IMG/VR virus record: IMGVR_UViG_3300042975_000096
Reading direction: 5' to 3' (one strand)
From: a virus
Lineage: Duplodnaviria; Caudoviricetes
DNA length: 64,000 nucleotides
Shown here: in pieces, positions 50,068 to 59,749 of the stretch
Layout of the letters: every line of letters begins with the position of its first letter
How positions within the stretch are numbered: position 1 is the first letter of the stretch
The notes under the pieces: generated by a model
What the model was told of the DNA's origin: nothing
The model's input: the letters and a program-made list of their open reading frames with translations, nothing else
Databases searched by the model: none
Translations under genes and position numbers: made by a program

Positions 50068-50289
50068 TTATTTTGTCAATAAGTTTTTATCTTTAATTTC
50101 CTCATTTAATGTGTTAATTTCACTAAAACAAGAAGCTATAAAATTATCACGGCTTGTTGCCATTGCACATTCATAAAAATAATGTACTTCTTCTTCTGTT
50201 TTTCCTTCCGCTCTCATAGCATTTTGAACATAACATACCATTTTTGCAACATCGCCATACACACTATCTAAATTATATTTCCCTTTCAT
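50068..50289 (-). CDS. small phage protein; paralog of 49307..49507
   Basis: KY.L..V.G....YV.NAM..EGK.EEE. Confidence 0.8.
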   Translation of the reverse strand: MKGKYNLDSVYGDVAKMVCYVQNAMRAEGKTEEEVHYFYECAMATSRDNFIASCFSEINTLNEEIKDKNLLTK

Positions 50290-50437
50290 AATATACTCCT
50301 TTTTGCTCTTTTTCTCTATGGTTATATAATATCATAAATAATTTATTTTGTCAACATGTTTTTTAAATTTATATTTTAGAATATTCTGAAACATTATATA
50401 AAAAAGAAGTGATAAAACATACCACTTCTCTCAACAA

Positions 50438-50797
50438 TCAATCTCCATCCCAAACCCCATCTGGGCGCATTTTAGCCATAGCTAGTAGTTGAATCAATGG
50501 TCTTTTGGCATTTCCTTCAGTTGCGTGCCAATAATCGTCATCGTCAACATCGTCTTTCAATTTTGCAATGGCTGATTCTAAAATAGGAATGGAATCTGCA
50601 CCGGTTTTCCCATAAATAGAACGAATACCATCCTCGCCCATAACGTCATAATAATACTTGCTATAATTCCATGTAATATTCAACGTTAATTCTTTTGTGC
50701 CACCTATAGCATAAGTGCCACCTCTCATAAAATGATTTTCTTCTAGTTCCAATGTTTTTTTTGAAACTGGGTCAATTAAATCAATGCTATAACTCAT
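50438..50797 (-). CDS. conserved phage hypothetical protein
   Basis: MSY.I.L.DP...GGTY..GG...LNITWNY...YW.ATEGNA...RPDGVW.GD. Confidence 0.88.
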   Translation of the reverse strand: MSYSIDLIDPVSKKTLELEENHFMRGGTYAIGGTKELTLNITWNYSKYYYDVMGEDGIRSIYGKTGADSIPILESAIAKLKDDVDDDDYWHATEGNAKRPLIQLLAMAKMRPDGVWDGD

Positions 50798-50958
50798 ATT
50801 AAATCACCTCATATATTATTTTGATGTATATTTTTTTGGTTTTCCATTTTCGTCTAATACATTGCCGCCAATAATATAACCTGCGCCATTTCCTGTAGCT
50901 ATGGAAGTTATATAATATTCATATTTTGTGTCTTTATCAGCAACAATATAATGGTTCT

Positions 50959-51154
50959 CTGCTTTCCAAAACATAGACAAACATGGACATGTAAAATTTA
51001 TCCATATTTATATTAATGTCTAAATTTTTTAATTACTTTCGTCACCATTTGTATTCTGATATCAATTATTTAATACCACATTGACAAACTCTTAAAGTTT
51101 AAGGCGTAAGCCACGCCCTTTACTAATAAATGAATTAATTAATTAATTCATTTA
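50959..51154 (-). ncRNA. putative TnpB omegaRNA (reRNA) scaffold region
   Basis: Lies between the tnpB stop and the right end; hairpins include GGCGTGGCTTACGCC and a 38-bp perfect palindrome at 51122-51159. Confidence 0.55.
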
Positions 51155-52318
51155 TTAGTTAGCTAAAGCTAATAGATTCATTACTGCGTTATAATCTCTA
51201 TCTGCGGTGAACCCACACTTATAACATATATATTCATTATGTTTTGTTTTATGTCTTTTATTGCCTGACAAAGTGATTTTATCTTCACCTGTTTTTACAT
51301 GTCCACAACAAGAACATCTTTGAGTTGATGGGTAAAATCTATCAGCTATAATTAACTTTTTTCCATACCAATTACATTTATATGTAAGCAGTTGTCTAAA
51401 TAAACCAAAACACGACCTTTGCAAGCCTTTTGATGCTACATGTGTCATTTGCATATGTTTCACATCTAAATCTTCTATTACTATTGTATCATATTTATCT
51501 GTTAGCATAGTTGTGAATTTATGTAAAATATCATGGGTTAAGTTGCTTGCTTTTTCATAATCACGTTGAAGTTTGGTTCTCACTTTTAAGTAATTATTAC
51601 TCTTGCAAGCGTTTTTCCCTTTTATTATATGCTTTTTCGCTAACATTTTTTGATAATGTTTGATACGATTATAATAAAAGTTTAATTTCTTGGGTAAAAC
51701 ATTCAAATTACCATCAGTGTAATTAAAATGACCTACATTTACATCTATTGCTGTTTTTTTATTTGTTAAAACTTTTGTTTCAACACTGGTTTTATAAGGT
51801 AATGAAGCATAATATTTATTATTGACTTTAGTCACACTAACTACTGTTAAATCGGCATCAAAATTTTTTGGTAAACCTTTGATTTTAATATTTTGCCATT
51901 TTTCTTGAATTTCTCTAGGCTTATCTAATTTTAATTTACCATTTTTAATTGTAATTCTATCTGATTTGAAACCTTGTTTTGTATCTTTTTTGGTTTTGAA
52001 TTTAGGTTTTCCCCAATCAAGCTGAGATTTGCTTAAAAAATGATTCCAAGCATTTCCCAAATCTAAAATTGCTTGTTGTAAAATTCTTGAAGAATATTTA
52101 TATTGCCAATCTTGTTTATTTTCAACAAGTTCATTTCTTACAACACGTTCGTTAGGTGCTTTGTAAGATTTATCGATACAATGTAAATCATACATTTGAT
52201 TCCATGTTTCTAAACCTTGATTCCAACAATATCTGCGATAGTCGCAAAGATTATCTAAAACCTGTTTCATATGTTTGCTTGGATAAAGTTTTACTTTGAT
52301 GGTCTTTATTGTTTTCAA
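51155..52318 (-). CDS. tnpB: RNA-guided endonuclease TnpB
   Basis: KLYP..., R.CWN, PKFK, RuvC AIDVN / VIEDL / DRDYNA, YPSTQRCSCCG...C..CG Zn finger. Confidence 0.95.
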   Translation of the reverse strand: MKTIKTIKVKLYPSKHMKQVLDNLCDYRRYCWNQGLETWNQMYDLHCIDKSYKAPNERVVRNELVENKQDWQYKYSSRILQQAILDLGNAWNHFLSKSQLDWGKPKFKTKKDTKQGFKSDRITIKNGKLKLDKPREIQEKWQNIKIKGLPKNFDADLTVVSVTKVNNKYYASLPYKTSVETKVLTNKKTAIDVNVGHFNYTDGNLNVLPKKLNFYYNRIKHYQKMLAKKHIIKGKNACKSNNYLKVRTKLQRDYEKASNLTHDILHKFTTMLTDKYDTIVIEDLDVKHMQMTHVASKGLQRSCFGLFRQLLTYKCNWYGKKLIIADRFYPSTQRCSCCGHVKTGEDKITLSGNKRHKTKHNEYICYKCGFTADRDYNAVMNLLALAN

Positions 52319-52669
52319 TTATTTATTTTCCCCCCTTTTTTAAGTATATTTGAGTACACTTGCTTCTATAAATTAAATTAAATTATTTGTGGATAAATGT
52401 GTTTATGAGTATATTTTTATATGTTTGAACACATTTGTCTATATTTTTAGTTACTTAACTTGTCCTCCATCGCATCCTGCTAATAAAAAAACAAATATAA
52501 CTAATACAATCGAAATGTATTTTTTCATAATAACCCCTCACTCCATTTATTAATTATATTATAGCATTTTATTGTCTTACTGTCAAGCATTTTTTACAGA
52601 TTCATTTTCAGACAATTATGAAATGCTATAGGATAAAAAATTTGGAAGGGGATTTCTCCCCCACCACTA

Positions 52670-53527
52670 TTAACGATTTTTCAATTTTTCAATTGCTTCC
52701 AGATTCGGTTTCCATTCCGAAATGGATTTTTGACAGCTTTCAATCTGGTGTTCAACATATTTAATATCGTATGTTAATTTTTCAATCTCCCTATTATATT
52801 GGAACTGGGTGCTTTTATAAACGACAGTTTTACCGTAAATGTTTTTAGAATCAATCTCGCCTATTTTCAGTGCTAAGTTTTTGCGTTCAGTTAATGCCAA
52901 CAAATGAATGTTCAATGCATTCAGAAGATATTTCAAACCTTCGTCTGATACCTCTAGCGGTTTCTGCCCCACTCCAATACAATTGCCAACAATCCAACCA
53001 TAACCGGGACGATGAAACCCGTGATTAACCATTGTACCGTCCTTGCCTACTGCAATCTCACGACCACAGCACGGGCAAGTCATTGTAATTTTATCTGGAT
53101 TGATAACAGTCTTATTCGGTTTATCGGACGGTTTACGACCTTTTACAATATAGCCTTTAAGTTCTTTCATAATGTCAACTAAGGGCATGAGATTATGCGC
53201 ATACTCGATAAATTCAGTTGGAATATTTTCATTAGTCTTTTTCAATTTATTATTGAACGACCTAACAGAAGCAACCGATTCAACCCTAGAATAATAAAGA
53301 AAATCCCAACAATCTGTGCTAATACATGCACGTTTACCTGCTTCGCAAAAAACATCCAACAGTTTTCCATATCCATATTCAATCACACGGCTCAAATCTT
53401 GATTCAGATTTTTAAAATCAACGTTGTAAATCAACTTGTTTTCCAAAGACTGGTTAATAACCCTCATGCAATTTTCCCATTTAACTTCGCGTTTTTCGTC
53501 TAAGTTTTTAAGTTTAATATCAATCAT
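52670..53527 (-). CDS. conserved phage protein with a Zn-binding motif
   Basis: TCPCCGR...V.HGF.RPG.G...G.C.G; start at the RBS-preceded MIDIKL. Confidence 0.85.
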   Translation of the reverse strand: MIDIKLKNLDEKREVKWENCMRVINQSLENKLIYNVDFKNLNQDLSRVIEYGYGKLLDVFCEAGKRACISTDCWDFLYYSRVESVASVRSFNNKLKKTNENIPTEFIEYAHNLMPLVDIMKELKGYIVKGRKPSDKPNKTVINPDKITMTCPCCGREIAVGKDGTMVNHGFHRPGYGWIVGNCIGVGQKPLEVSDEGLKYLLNALNIHLLALTERKNLALKIGEIDSKNIYGKTVVYKSTQFQYNREIEKLTYDIKYVEHQIESCQKSISEWKPNLEAIEKLKNR

Positions 53528-53650
53528 TTTGAAAACCCCTTTTCTTTTTCTCTCTATGGTTATATAATACCACACTATTGCATAAATGTCAACATGTTTT
53601 TAAAATTTTTTAACCAACTATATTTCAGAATATTTTGAAACACATAAACG

Positions 53651-53687
53651 AAAAAAAATAAAGGGAATATAAGCACTCCCTTTATTT
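53651..53687 (-). terminator. terminator closing the solitary-repeat transcript
   Basis: AAATAAAGGGA-GTGCTTATAT-TCCCTTTATTTTTTTT. Confidence 0.8.
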
Positions 53688-53723
53688 GCAATAACGCATC
53701 ATGTGGTACTTCGTACTATCAAT

Positions 53724-53755
53724 ATTTCAATTCACGCACCTCTGTGAGGTGCGAC
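53724..53755 (-). CRISPR. type I-C solitary repeat (32 nt) followed by a ~34-36 nt spacer-like segment
   Basis: GTCGCACCTCACAGAGGTGCGTGAATTGAAAT then ATTGATAGTACGAAGTACCACATGATGCGTTATT. Confidence 0.88.
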
Positions 53756-53955
53756 AGCACACATGCCAAAGCCTTGCTATGCAAGGGCTGAAATGGCACT
53801 TTGTGCAAACCCCTTAATATTTTTCAAAATTCATTGACACATTATCGCCCAAATATGTATTAACCCTGTAAAACAAAGGGGTGCGAAGCACCTAGTGTTT
53901 TTCTGTTCACTTATGCTTCGCACTTATTATAACATTTTACTTATTCATTTGTCAA
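53756..53955 (-). promoter_or_regulatory. second copy of the type I-C leader with promoter
   Basis: Co-linear with and largely identical to 45222-45421. Confidence 0.85.
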
Positions 53956-54106
53956 GTATTTTTTATTCAAACGAATTTTCGTTTGAAATTTTACTTATTT
54001 CTGCGCTTGCAATATGAAAATCATCACAAGAAATATTCAAAGACAATGATTGATTGGAATCATACATATATGTAGAAGAAATCATATCCATTGTTGTCCT
54101 CCAATC

Positions 54107-54298
54107 TTAGAAATAAAATTGTTCTGTTGTATAAAGCATATCCGAATGATTTTCAAAACGGTCTTCGATAATCTTTGTCTTTTCTCTATATCCCTGTTCT
54201 GCCAACTCTCTTTTCTTTGCGTAATACAACCGCTTCAATTTGTTTTTCTTGTAGTTATCCAGTTCCTCCTTTGTCTTGAATCCTTTTAAAACTTCCAT
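54107..54298 (-). CDS. hypothetical protein
   Basis: RBS AGGAGA. Confidence 0.7.
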   Translation of the reverse strand: MEVLKGFKTKEELDNYKKNKLKRLYYAKKRELAEQGYREKTKIIEDRFENHSDMLYTTEQFYF

Positions 54299-54521
54299 TA
54301 TATATCATTCTCCTTTTAAATAACGCCCATTTTTACCGCTACATATAATACATAAAACCAACCAAATATACCATGAATAAAAGCCATGATTAGCGAATTA
54401 TGAAAATAAAAAGATAATCCCATAGCCATCATGTTTCCTAATGCAATATTTCTTCCCATAATAATTACCTCCCCTTCAACTCTTAACTCTATAATTATAA
54501 TACCATATTTTTATTTATTTG

Positions 54522-54824
54522 TCAACAATGTTTTAACTCGCAAATCAAATTTTCTTTTTTGTCTTCAATTGTATATCGAATATAACTCCATGCCAAATCC
54601 AATGGTTTCATTTTTGTTCTAGTTAAATATGTTTTAGGCTGAAAAATCATTTCAGAATGACCAACAGATTTAATGTTTTCGATACACCGTTTACGAGCAA
54701 TATTTGTCATTTTCTTTTGACCAATAGTAATAGCACAAACTTCATATAATGCAACAAATTCAGAACCAGTCAATGCATCATTTTCATATTTCTCAATCAA
54801 CGTTGTGTAATCAATGTTTTTCAT
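54522..54824 (-). CDS. hypothetical protein
   Basis: Cassette gene with promoter and RBS. Confidence 0.75.
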   Translation of the reverse strand: MKNIDYTTLIEKYENDALTGSEFVALYEVCAITIGQKKMTNIARKRCIENIKSVGHSEMIFQPKTYLTRTKMKPLDLAWSYIRYTIEDKKENLICELKHC

Positions 54825-54981
54825 TTTGAAAGCCCCTTTTCTTTATTTCTCTCTCTTAACTCTATAATTATAATATCATATATTTTTCATTGTGTCAATA
54901 GTTTTTTAAAAAATAAATATTCTGAAAACTTTTTCAAATAAAAAAATAATCAATGAGTAATCAACCCATTGACTATTTTAA

Positions 54982-55185
54982 TCAAGCCTGTTCGACAAGG
55001 TATACCCCAAATTCATGTGCGTTTTTACTAAGTGATACATAGTCGTTTTGATTGTGTACCCTAAATCCTTTTTTCTGATAACAGCGTAACATGATATTGC
55101 GCTCCATAAGTGCTTTATTAAAAGTCATTCCTTTTTTCATAATTTTCTTTTCTGTTCCATCTACTACTACAATTCCATACTTCAT
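54982..55185 (-). CDS. hypothetical protein
   Basis: RBS AGGGAG. Confidence 0.75.
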   Translation of the reverse strand: MKYGIVVVDGTEKKIMKKGMTFNKALMERNIMLRCYQKKGFRVHNQNDYVSLSKNAHEFGVYLVEQA

Positions 55186-55338
55186 TTTTTTATCTCCCTG
55201 TTGTTTTATTTGATAGTATTAGTTTACTATACATTTGATTATTTGTCAACAACTTTTTTCGTATAAAATTTTTCAGAATATTATGAAATAATATTACTAT
55301 AAAAATAAGCAGGTCTATAACATAGACCTGCCTGTTAA

Positions 55339-55581
55339 TCAATAGACTTTCTTCAACATATATTCAACATACGGGCCAGTTCCTGCAAAACCTTCTTCTA
55401 CCGTAATCCAACGATTTAACAATCCGTTTTCAATCCGATTAGAAATGATTGCACCATAGCGGAGCCAGCTATCAAGCGCATAAAAGGTTTTATCGTTTTC
55501 CTTTTCTTTGCCGATAACCCATTCTCTCTGAACCTCTTTGGTTGAACCGTCAGCATTTTTTCTCATAACTTTGATATACAT
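55339..55581 (-). CDS. hypothetical protein
   Basis: RBS AAGGGG before MYIKV. Confidence 0.8.
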   Translation of the reverse strand: MYIKVMRKNADGSTKEVQREWVIGKEKENDKTFYALDSWLRYGAIISNRIENGLLNRWITVEEGFAGTGPYVEYMLKKVY

Positions 55582-55729
55582 TTTGAAAACCCCTTTCAAT
55601 GTGTTTATCTCTCAATCTCTATTATTATAATAACACATATATGGGATTTTGTCAACATGTTTTCAAAAATAAATTTTAGCTAAATATTTCAGAATATTAT
55701 AAAATAACATTACGATGATTTATAAATCA

Positions 55730-56308
55730 TTAACGATTGTTTTCTATATCATACATGATATTCCATAAATCCTCTATAGGCATTTTCTTTATGAGTTCTA
55801 ATGGTATGGTTTTTATCAATTCGCAACCAAAATAAACAATGGTTTTTTTCCGAATAGACCTAATAGCATATCTACCATTTGCCATAGGATTTTCATTAAA
55901 GCCTTTATATATTTCGAGCACATTAGTATCTAAGTTGATAATATATGCCCAGTCGCAAGTAAATGAATCATTAATTGCTTTATTGTCATTAAAGAAAAAA
56001 GGGAAAAAATCTTTTTCTAAATATCTATTTTTACTACACCTATATAAATAATCAAAAATTATTCTTTTCCAACTATAAAACTGCGGAAAATTAAGTCCAG
56101 TTATTTTATTGACTAATTTTAATTGGTTTATTGTTGGATATTCTTCTGTAACCTCTATAAGATTGTCAAATACCTCATTCATATAACTAATATCATTATG
56201 TACAATATATTGACATAACGACAATCCTAATTCTTGTGGTGAAGCATATTGATTATAAATCAGTTTATCATAAGCCCTTTTTCTAAAACCCCATGACCCA
56301 ATTTGCAT
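55730..56308 (-). CDS. paralog of 44345..44923
   Basis: WGFRK..DKL.YN, C.WAYIINLD...LEIY.GFN, GRYA, Y.GC.LIK. Confidence 0.85.
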   Translation of the reverse strand: MQIGSWGFRKRAYDKLIYNQYASPQELGLSLCQYIVHNDISYMNEVFDNLIEVTEEYPTINQLKLVNKITGLNFPQFYSWKRIIFDYLYRCSKNRYLEKDFFPFFFNDNKAINDSFTCDWAYIINLDTNVLEIYKGFNENPMANGRYAIRSIRKKTIVYFGCELIKTIPLELIKKMPIEDLWNIMYDIENNR

Positions 56309-56547
56309 TAAAAAGTACCTGCCTTAATCAATTCACTTCTTACAACAAAATCCAATTTCTCTACAATTTCGTTAGAATTGGTATCGTCTGGGCAAATTGC
56401 TTCAATGGCAATTTCTAATCCACTCAAAACTCCCTGTGCATAATTAAGTTTCGTATTATAAAATTCATCTTCTTTTTCAAACTCTATGCGATAAAATTTT
56501 TTTAGCTGAATTTTATATTTTTCTTTCAATAATTCTAAGTTTGTCAT
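56308..56547 (-). CDS. hypothetical protein
   Basis: RBS GAGGA; promoter upstream. Confidence 0.75.
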   Translation of the reverse strand: MTNLELLKEKYKIQLKKFYRIEFEKEDEFYNTKLNYAQGVLSGLEIAIEAICPDDTNSNEIVEKLDFVVRSELIKAGTF

Positions 56548-56709
56548 AATTAACTCATCCTCTCTCTATCTCTTTTTGTTATATTAATAATACCACATTC
56601 AGCAAAGAATGTCAACACTTTTTTATTTTAATTTCTTTTATAATATTCTGAAACATTTATCGTCAATAAAAAAGAAGAAGGTATAATCACCTTCTTCCTC
56701 GCTTTTATG

Positions 56710-57351
56710 TTACTTATTCTTTTCTGCAAGCTGTTTAAGTTCGCTCATTTTTTCCATTCCAAGAGAATGAATAGTTGAATTTACATAGGTTTCAATTTCA
56801 TTCTTTGCTTCTTTTACCGTCTTGTCCATTTGCTCATTAAATGATTTGTGAACAAATGGCATATCACTGGATACTTTTTGATTCAGCATAGCGATGTTAT
56901 GCAAAATTTCTTCTTTTTCTTTTTTTGTTGGGGCTTTTGCGCGTGACAGGATTTCTTCTGTCCTTTTCGTAAGTTCAAGCATTTGGTTAGATACTTCTTT
57001 CATTTCCTGCTTGAAATTTTCTTCAAACTGAATACGTTTGTTGATAAATGGTGGTTCGCTCATGTGTTTACCGTGAACATATTCAAGCGTAACAGGAACA
57101 CCTTCACCCATATTCAGATTCGTGATAAGGTCAGCGAACTGTGCACCTGTCATACGTACTCGTGCAATAGTTTCTTTCCCGCGATACCAATCATGATTCA
57201 AATTGTGCCAAACTTCACCTGTTTTCAATGTCATTTCAATTCCACCATCTGGCTTGATTGAAGAACCAAAAAATGCTCCATTACCACCATCAAACCGATT
57301 AAATGACATCATGCCGTATGATTCATGCTGTTCAAGCTCTTTGTTATCCAT
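56710..57351 (-). CDS. conserved phage hypothetical protein
   Basis: HESYGM..F.R..GG...FFGSSI...V.M..AQFA.LIT..N.G.GVPVT. Confidence 0.88.
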   Translation of the reverse strand: MDNKELEQHESYGMMSFNRFDGGNGAFFGSSIKPDGGIEMTLKTGEVWHNLNHDWYRGKETIARVRMTGAQFADLITNLNMGEGVPVTLEYVHGKHMSEPPFINKRIQFEENFKQEMKEVSNQMLELTKRTEEILSRAKAPTKKEKEEILHNIAMLNQKVSSDMPFVHKSFNEQMDKTVKEAKNEIETYVNSTIHSLGMEKMSELKQLAEKNK

Positions 57352-57430
57352 GTTTATTACCTCTTTCTTTTAACTCTCTCTTAACTCTGTTTATATAATA
57401 TCACATATAATTAAACTTGTCAATATGTTT

Positions 57431-57691
57431 TTAAAAATTACCAATGCATTTATAATATAAATTTTTATCTCCTAATGAAACCACCAGTTCATAATATTTA
57501 TGATTAAACGCAATAAATTTAATTTGTTCATAATTAATTTTAATATTTTTATCTTGTGATTTATATGCAATTAAAGTCATATAAGGATAATTCGCTTCTA
57601 CTCGATTAAAAACATTACCTTCATTATCAAATATTTTGTTTGGAATACCCTCACCATAATCAACAACATCTTGTACTTTCATAACATTCAC
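57431..57691 (-). CDS. hypothetical protein
   Basis: Short ORF. Confidence 0.65.
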   Translation of the reverse strand: MNVMKVQDVVDYGEGIPNKIFDNEGNVFNRVEANYPYMTLIAYKSQDKNIKINYEQIKFIAFNHKYYELVVSLGDKNLYYKCIGNF

Positions 57692-57793
57692 CCCACTACA
57701 TTATTGTATGCTAAATGCTGTTTTTGTTTTATATTATTCTGAAAACATTTAGGTGGATAAAAATAAGGTGGATATTTCTATCCACCTTATTCC

Positions 57794-58510
57794 TTAAAAA
57801 TTCTTCACAAACTTGTACAGGCTGAACAATTCAGCCCTAAACTGTTCGTCTTTGGTATAATCTTTTCCCTCACGTTTATCATATTCCATAGCACTAACTA
57901 CAGGCTGTACATACTGTGGGAGAAGCTGGCTGAATGAGAAAACACTATCGCACATGTGTTCACGCGAAATTTTATTCATAAATTCCTTAGAAGGACTAAG
58001 TATATTCATGCCAATTTCCATATATGCACGACGTACTTTTTCCATAATGCTTTCAAAAGAATACTCATTAAGGGCTTTGTTCTTTTTGTATTTATTCAAA
58101 CGCTTGTAAAGTGCACTTTTTGGAGAATCATCTTTCCAATATATGCCCGTTTTCTTATATGCGTTTTCACGACCGTTAATGTAGATTTTCCAAAGGTTCT
58201 GCATTTCTACCTCATATACCTTTGAACACTCAAACAGCACGTTCTCCCAACCTCTTTCGCCACCACAATTCCGAATCACTTTTTTATCCTTGGTAATTTT
58301 CAACAGTGAACCGTATTTAGACACAAAGAAGAAATACGTCTGTTTTTTTGGTTTGTATCCCTGCAATTCAGCAGGATTGTAAGCCTTGACTGTTACATTC
58401 GACAGACGAATACCGGTTTCGTGTGCAATGCTTCTTGCAGAATCAAAGAAACCGTGACCTTTTTTGCAACCAATCAGTTTTGCTAAATTCGCGTTTTCAA
58501 TAATTTCCAT
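57794..58510 (-). CDS. hypothetical protein
   Basis: Cassette gene with promoter, GAGTTAA leader and terminator. Confidence 0.85.
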   Translation of the reverse strand: MEIIENANLAKLIGCKKGHGFFDSARSIAHETGIRLSNVTVKAYNPAELQGYKPKKQTYFFFVSKYGSLLKITKDKKVIRNCGGERGWENVLFECSKVYEVEMQNLWKIYINGRENAYKKTGIYWKDDSPKSALYKRLNKYKKNKALNEYSFESIMEKVRRAYMEIGMNILSPSKEFMNKISREHMCDSVFSFSQLLPQYVQPVVSAMEYDKREGKDYTKDEQFRAELFSLYKFVKNF

Positions 58511-58689
58511 TTTAATTACCTCTTTCCTTTTTTGTTTAACTCTCTCTTAACTCTGTTTATATAATATCATAGATTTATAAAAATGTCAACGATTTTTTAA
58601 AAAATATTAACATTTTTATTGTGAATCCATCATGACTTATCTATTTCTAAATATTCTGAAATTTAATTCCATTAAATCAAAAAGCACGA

Positions 58690-58851
58690 CTAGAAGTTAA
58701 CCACCTTCTTATCGCGCTTTCTGTTGTATACTTTTTTGGACTGTACGACCGAACCATAGGCTTTCACCTGCCCCCACGTGCCACGCTTTTCAGCGTTAGC
58801 ACGTTTCTGCTCTTTCTTTGACCGCTTATTAAATTCTACAAATTTCTTCAA
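58690..58851 (-). CDS. small basic protein (53 aa; below the ORF-track cutoff)
   Basis: TTG start after GGAGG: MKKFVEFNKRSKKEQKRANAEKRGTWGQVKAYGSVVQSKKVYNRKRDKKVVNF. Confidence 0.7.
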   Translation of the reverse strand: MKKFVEFNKRSKKEQKRANAEKRGTWGQVKAYGSVVQSKKVYNRKRDKKVVNF

Positions 58852-58854
58852 GTA

Positions 58855-59136
58855 TTATCCCTCCGCATTTATCCAATAATTAATATTAATGATTTCGCCC
58901 GGTTCAACTTCTCTTTGCAAAAGCTGTGGATTAAGTTCTTTGATTCCTTCTTTGAACTCTTTAATCTCTCTAACCCCATAAGTGTTTTTAATGATATGAT
59001 TGTTTGCAATGCTGTCAAGTGTATCACCCTGCACCACCATATAATGTTCTTGAACCATAGTATAAGGTTTTGGACTTGCAAAACCAACCGTAGAGAATCC
59101 AACCAACATAATCATTACAACAATCAACTTTTTCAT
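58855..59136 (-). CDS. secreted/membrane LysM-domain protein
   Basis: Signal peptide, then YMVVQGDTLDSIA...IKELNP.L....VEPGE.I.I. Confidence 0.85.
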   Translation of the reverse strand: MKKLIVVMIMLVGFSTVGFASPKPYTMVQEHYMVVQGDTLDSIANNHIIKNTYGVREIKEFKEGIKELNPQLLQREVEPGEIININYWINAEG

Positions 59137-59138
59137 TT

Positions 59139-59351
59139 TTAACACTCCTTTTTTATTTCCTTGTATTTTAAGGAAACATCGCTTTCATTGCACTTATAGT
59201 ATACTTGAATTGAACCAAATTTTATTAACTCTCTTAAAAAACAAACTGCTTCTTTTTCTGATTTTGCACCAACTCTATATCTACCTGCCGTATCATGCTT
59301 ATATGGATTATGATTATCAACAAGCAATATATAATTATTAATTGGTTTCAC
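59139..59351 (-). CDS. hypothetical protein
   Basis: RBS GAGGA; promoter upstream. Confidence 0.75.
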   Translation of the reverse strand: MKPINNYILLVDNHNPYKHDTAGRYRVGAKSEKEAVCFLRELIKFGSIQVYYKCNESDVSLKYKEIKKEC

Positions 59352-59452
59352 TCTTTGTTCCTCTCTACTCTTTTATAATAACACATAATAATATTATTGT
59401 CAACACTTTTTTACAAATATCAATAACAATATACTTTCAGACTATTTTAAAA

Positions 59453-59749
59453 TTATTTAACTCTTTCATGATAATTTAAAACCGCTTTTATTTTCCCCTC
59501 CGAACGATATCGGCAATATGCAGAAAACTTCCTGCTGGTTTGTTTATCAAATTCATTAATTTGTTTTACCGCTTCTGCTCTTGAATCCATCACCCCAAAA
59601 AAAGCACTCTTTAATGGTGTGATTGGATTAATTTTTTTATCATGTTTTTTGTGAATATCTAGTTTAATACATTCATGTAAATAATCTCTAGTTTCATTAT
59701 TCAACAATTTAAAATTATGTACATCAATTAATCCAAACACCATTCCCAT
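59453..59749 (-). CDS. hypothetical protein
   Basis: Coupled to the cca stop codon. Confidence 0.7.
   Translation of the reverse strand: MGMVFGLIDVHNFKLLNNETRDYLHECIKLDIHKKHDKKINPITPLKSAFFGVMDSRAEAVKQINEFDKQTSRKFSAYCRYRSEGKIKAVLNYHERVK

Larger units (their letters stand above)
50959..52464 (-). mobile_element. non-autonomous TnpB-only element (IS607/IS1341-like)
   Basis: Ends defined by restoring the host ORF (about 2 nt ambiguity from a shared AG); no transposase inside. Confidence 0.8.
50816..52528 (-). pseudogene. DUF6440-like lipoprotein gene interrupted by a TnpB element
   Basis: Joining 52528-52465 to 50958-50816 gives the in-frame 68-aa MKKYISIVLVIFVFLLAGC-DGENHYIVADKDTKYEY...GG.VLDENGKPKKY (LAGC lipobox). 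Confidence 0.75.

Noticed and set aside
50959-52464. IStron (group I intron-TnpB chimera)
   Set aside because: Only ~145 bp lie upstream of tnpB and they are AT-rich, too short for a group I intron core.
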